A stretch of 64,000 nt of DNA. Source: Basidiobolus meristosporus CBS 931.73 (taxonomy: Eukaryota > Fungi > Basidiobolomycota). The notes under the pieces are model-generated. The model was not told the DNA's origin, ran no database searches, and saw only the letters and a program-made list of their open reading frames with translations. Position 1 is the stretch's first letter, and each line of letters starts with the position of its first letter. Position numbers and translations under genes: made by a program. Of the stretch, positions 62,860-64,000 are shown piece by piece. The stretch is from NCBI GenBank assembly GCA_002104905.1, contig MCFE01000428.1, positions 12,752 through 76,751 of the forward strand, in the 5' to 3' direction.

Positions 62860-62877
62860 TTAGGGTTAGGGTTAGGG
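62860..62877 (+). repeat. (TTAGGG)3 telomere-type repeat
   Basis: Three perfect units read directly; further TTAGGGTTAG and CCCTAACC pieces at 63051-63092. Confidence 0.85.
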
Positions 62878-62912
62878 TGTAGGTGTTATAGTAAGGGCTA
62901 GAAAAAGGTTAG

Positions 62913-62996
62913 AAGAGCAGGGGGTCTAGGGGACGCAGTCCCCTAGAGAATAAAAAAGCAGGGGGTTTGGGGGATGCAATCCCCCATACTGCTCTT
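62913..62996. other. Double GCA-loop hairpin module
   Basis: CTAGGGGAC-GCA-GTCCCCTAG (62926-62946) and TGGGGGAT-GCA-ATCCCCCA (62968-62986) inside the inverted repeat AAGAGCAG/CTGCTCTT. Confidence 0.85.
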
Positions 62997-63501
62997 ATAC
63001 TCTTTAAATTCCCGTTGGATTACTTTTCTCTCATTCTTGGTTCTGGTCCCTTAGGGTTAGAATTCCTCCTCCTAACCCTTATCACCCTAACCATAAATAT
63101 TTTTACCCTACAATTGGCACATTGTCTGCTCATATGGTGGGCATGTCTGGGCCAATATTTGTCTCCCTATACTGTCCATATGCTCTGTATAAGTCTTGAT
63201 GACTATTTAATTAATAAATTGTTATTTTTAATATATATCTAATAATTAATGGGATTCATCCCAATCTGACCACAATCCCATATTTTGATAAGCTTTGGGC
63301 ACCATAAATTGCGCGGCCCTAATATGATAAAAAAATTCATGGCCAATACAAATTTTCTGTAACCCGATTGCTTTTACCAAATATAAAGTGTATCCAAAAG
63401 TTCAATATATATTATGGCTATAATAGAAACTTTATTGGACACCATCGCAACTACTACTTATGTTCTATGCGCACATGTATCCCGCGGGAATTGTAAAACT
63501 T

Positions 63502-64000
63502 AGCCACGTGGTACAAAAGTGCTTTAATTTTTCATCATGATAGTTTTACATGAGTTCCTAACGCACTTTGAAAGTACGCAGTAGCCATACCCCAACAGGT
63601 TTTAAGGATGTCCACTAGCTACGTCTACTTGTGTCTAGCGGGAGCCATCAATCATCAGCCGCGCAATACTGAAATGCTTTTATTTTTCATCATGCTAGTT
63701 TTGTATGAATCCCTAACGCACTTTCATAGTGCGCGGTAACCATACCCCAACAGGTTTTAAGGATACCCACTTGCTACGTTTACTTGTGTCTAGCGGGAGT
63801 CATCAATCATCAGCCGCGCGGTAAAAAAGTGCTTTTATTTTTCATCATGATAGTTTTACATGAGTCCCTAATGCACTTTTATAGTGCGCGGTAACCATAC
63901 CCCAACAGGTTTTAAGGATACCCACTTGCTACGTTTACTTGTGTCTAGCGGGAGTTATCAATCATCAGCCACGCGTATAAAGTTGCTTTTATTTTTCATC
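63502..64000. repeat. Tandem repeat, 155-bp monomer, at least 3.2 copies, runs off window end
   Basis: Anchor cccaacaggttttaaggat at 63591, 63746, 63901. Confidence 0.95.

Larger units (their letters stand above)
59454..62880 (-). mobile_element. Non-LTR retrotransposon (LINE, APE endonuclease + RT); 5' boundary uncertain
   Basis: ORF1-like and ORF2 frames, short 3' UTR with AATAAA (59487-59492), no poly(A), no TSD found. Confidence 0.9.

Overview
Eukaryotic DNA, most likely an early-diverging fungus (Mucoromycota/Zoopagomycota-like). This is inferred from ~55-65 nt GT-AG introns and from gene content; no species can be named. Gene islands rich in CpG alternate with almost CpG-free transposon blocks. 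Five host genes are supported: a ~1,100 aa coiled-coil protein, a 4-finger GLI/ZIC-type C2H2 factor, an SLC25A39/40 (Mtm1)-like mitochondrial carrier, an MDR-family NADP-dependent oxidoreductase and a HAL/NPR-type kinase. Positions 1-14078 are a five-level nest, all on the minus strand. An intact Ty1/copia sits in the LTR of a very young Gag-protease-only Ty3/gypsy-type element (A), which sits in a related LTR (B), in a related gag (C), in a degenerate gypsy protease (D). The same copia family recurs as a disrupted full copy, a solo LTR, a truncated copy and relics. The right end has an APE-RT LINE with four notable traits: ORF1 and ORF2 are in one frame separated by a single UGA-CUA, its 3' junction truncates a copia without a poly(A), TTAGGG lies at both ends, and a double GCA-loop hairpin and a 155-bp tandem repeat follow it. 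Best candidates for new biology: the readthrough/telomere-polarised LINE, the Gag-PR-only LTR element, and an apparent CpG-centred target preference of the gypsy family. No rRNA, tRNA or CRISPR seen. All alignments were by eye.
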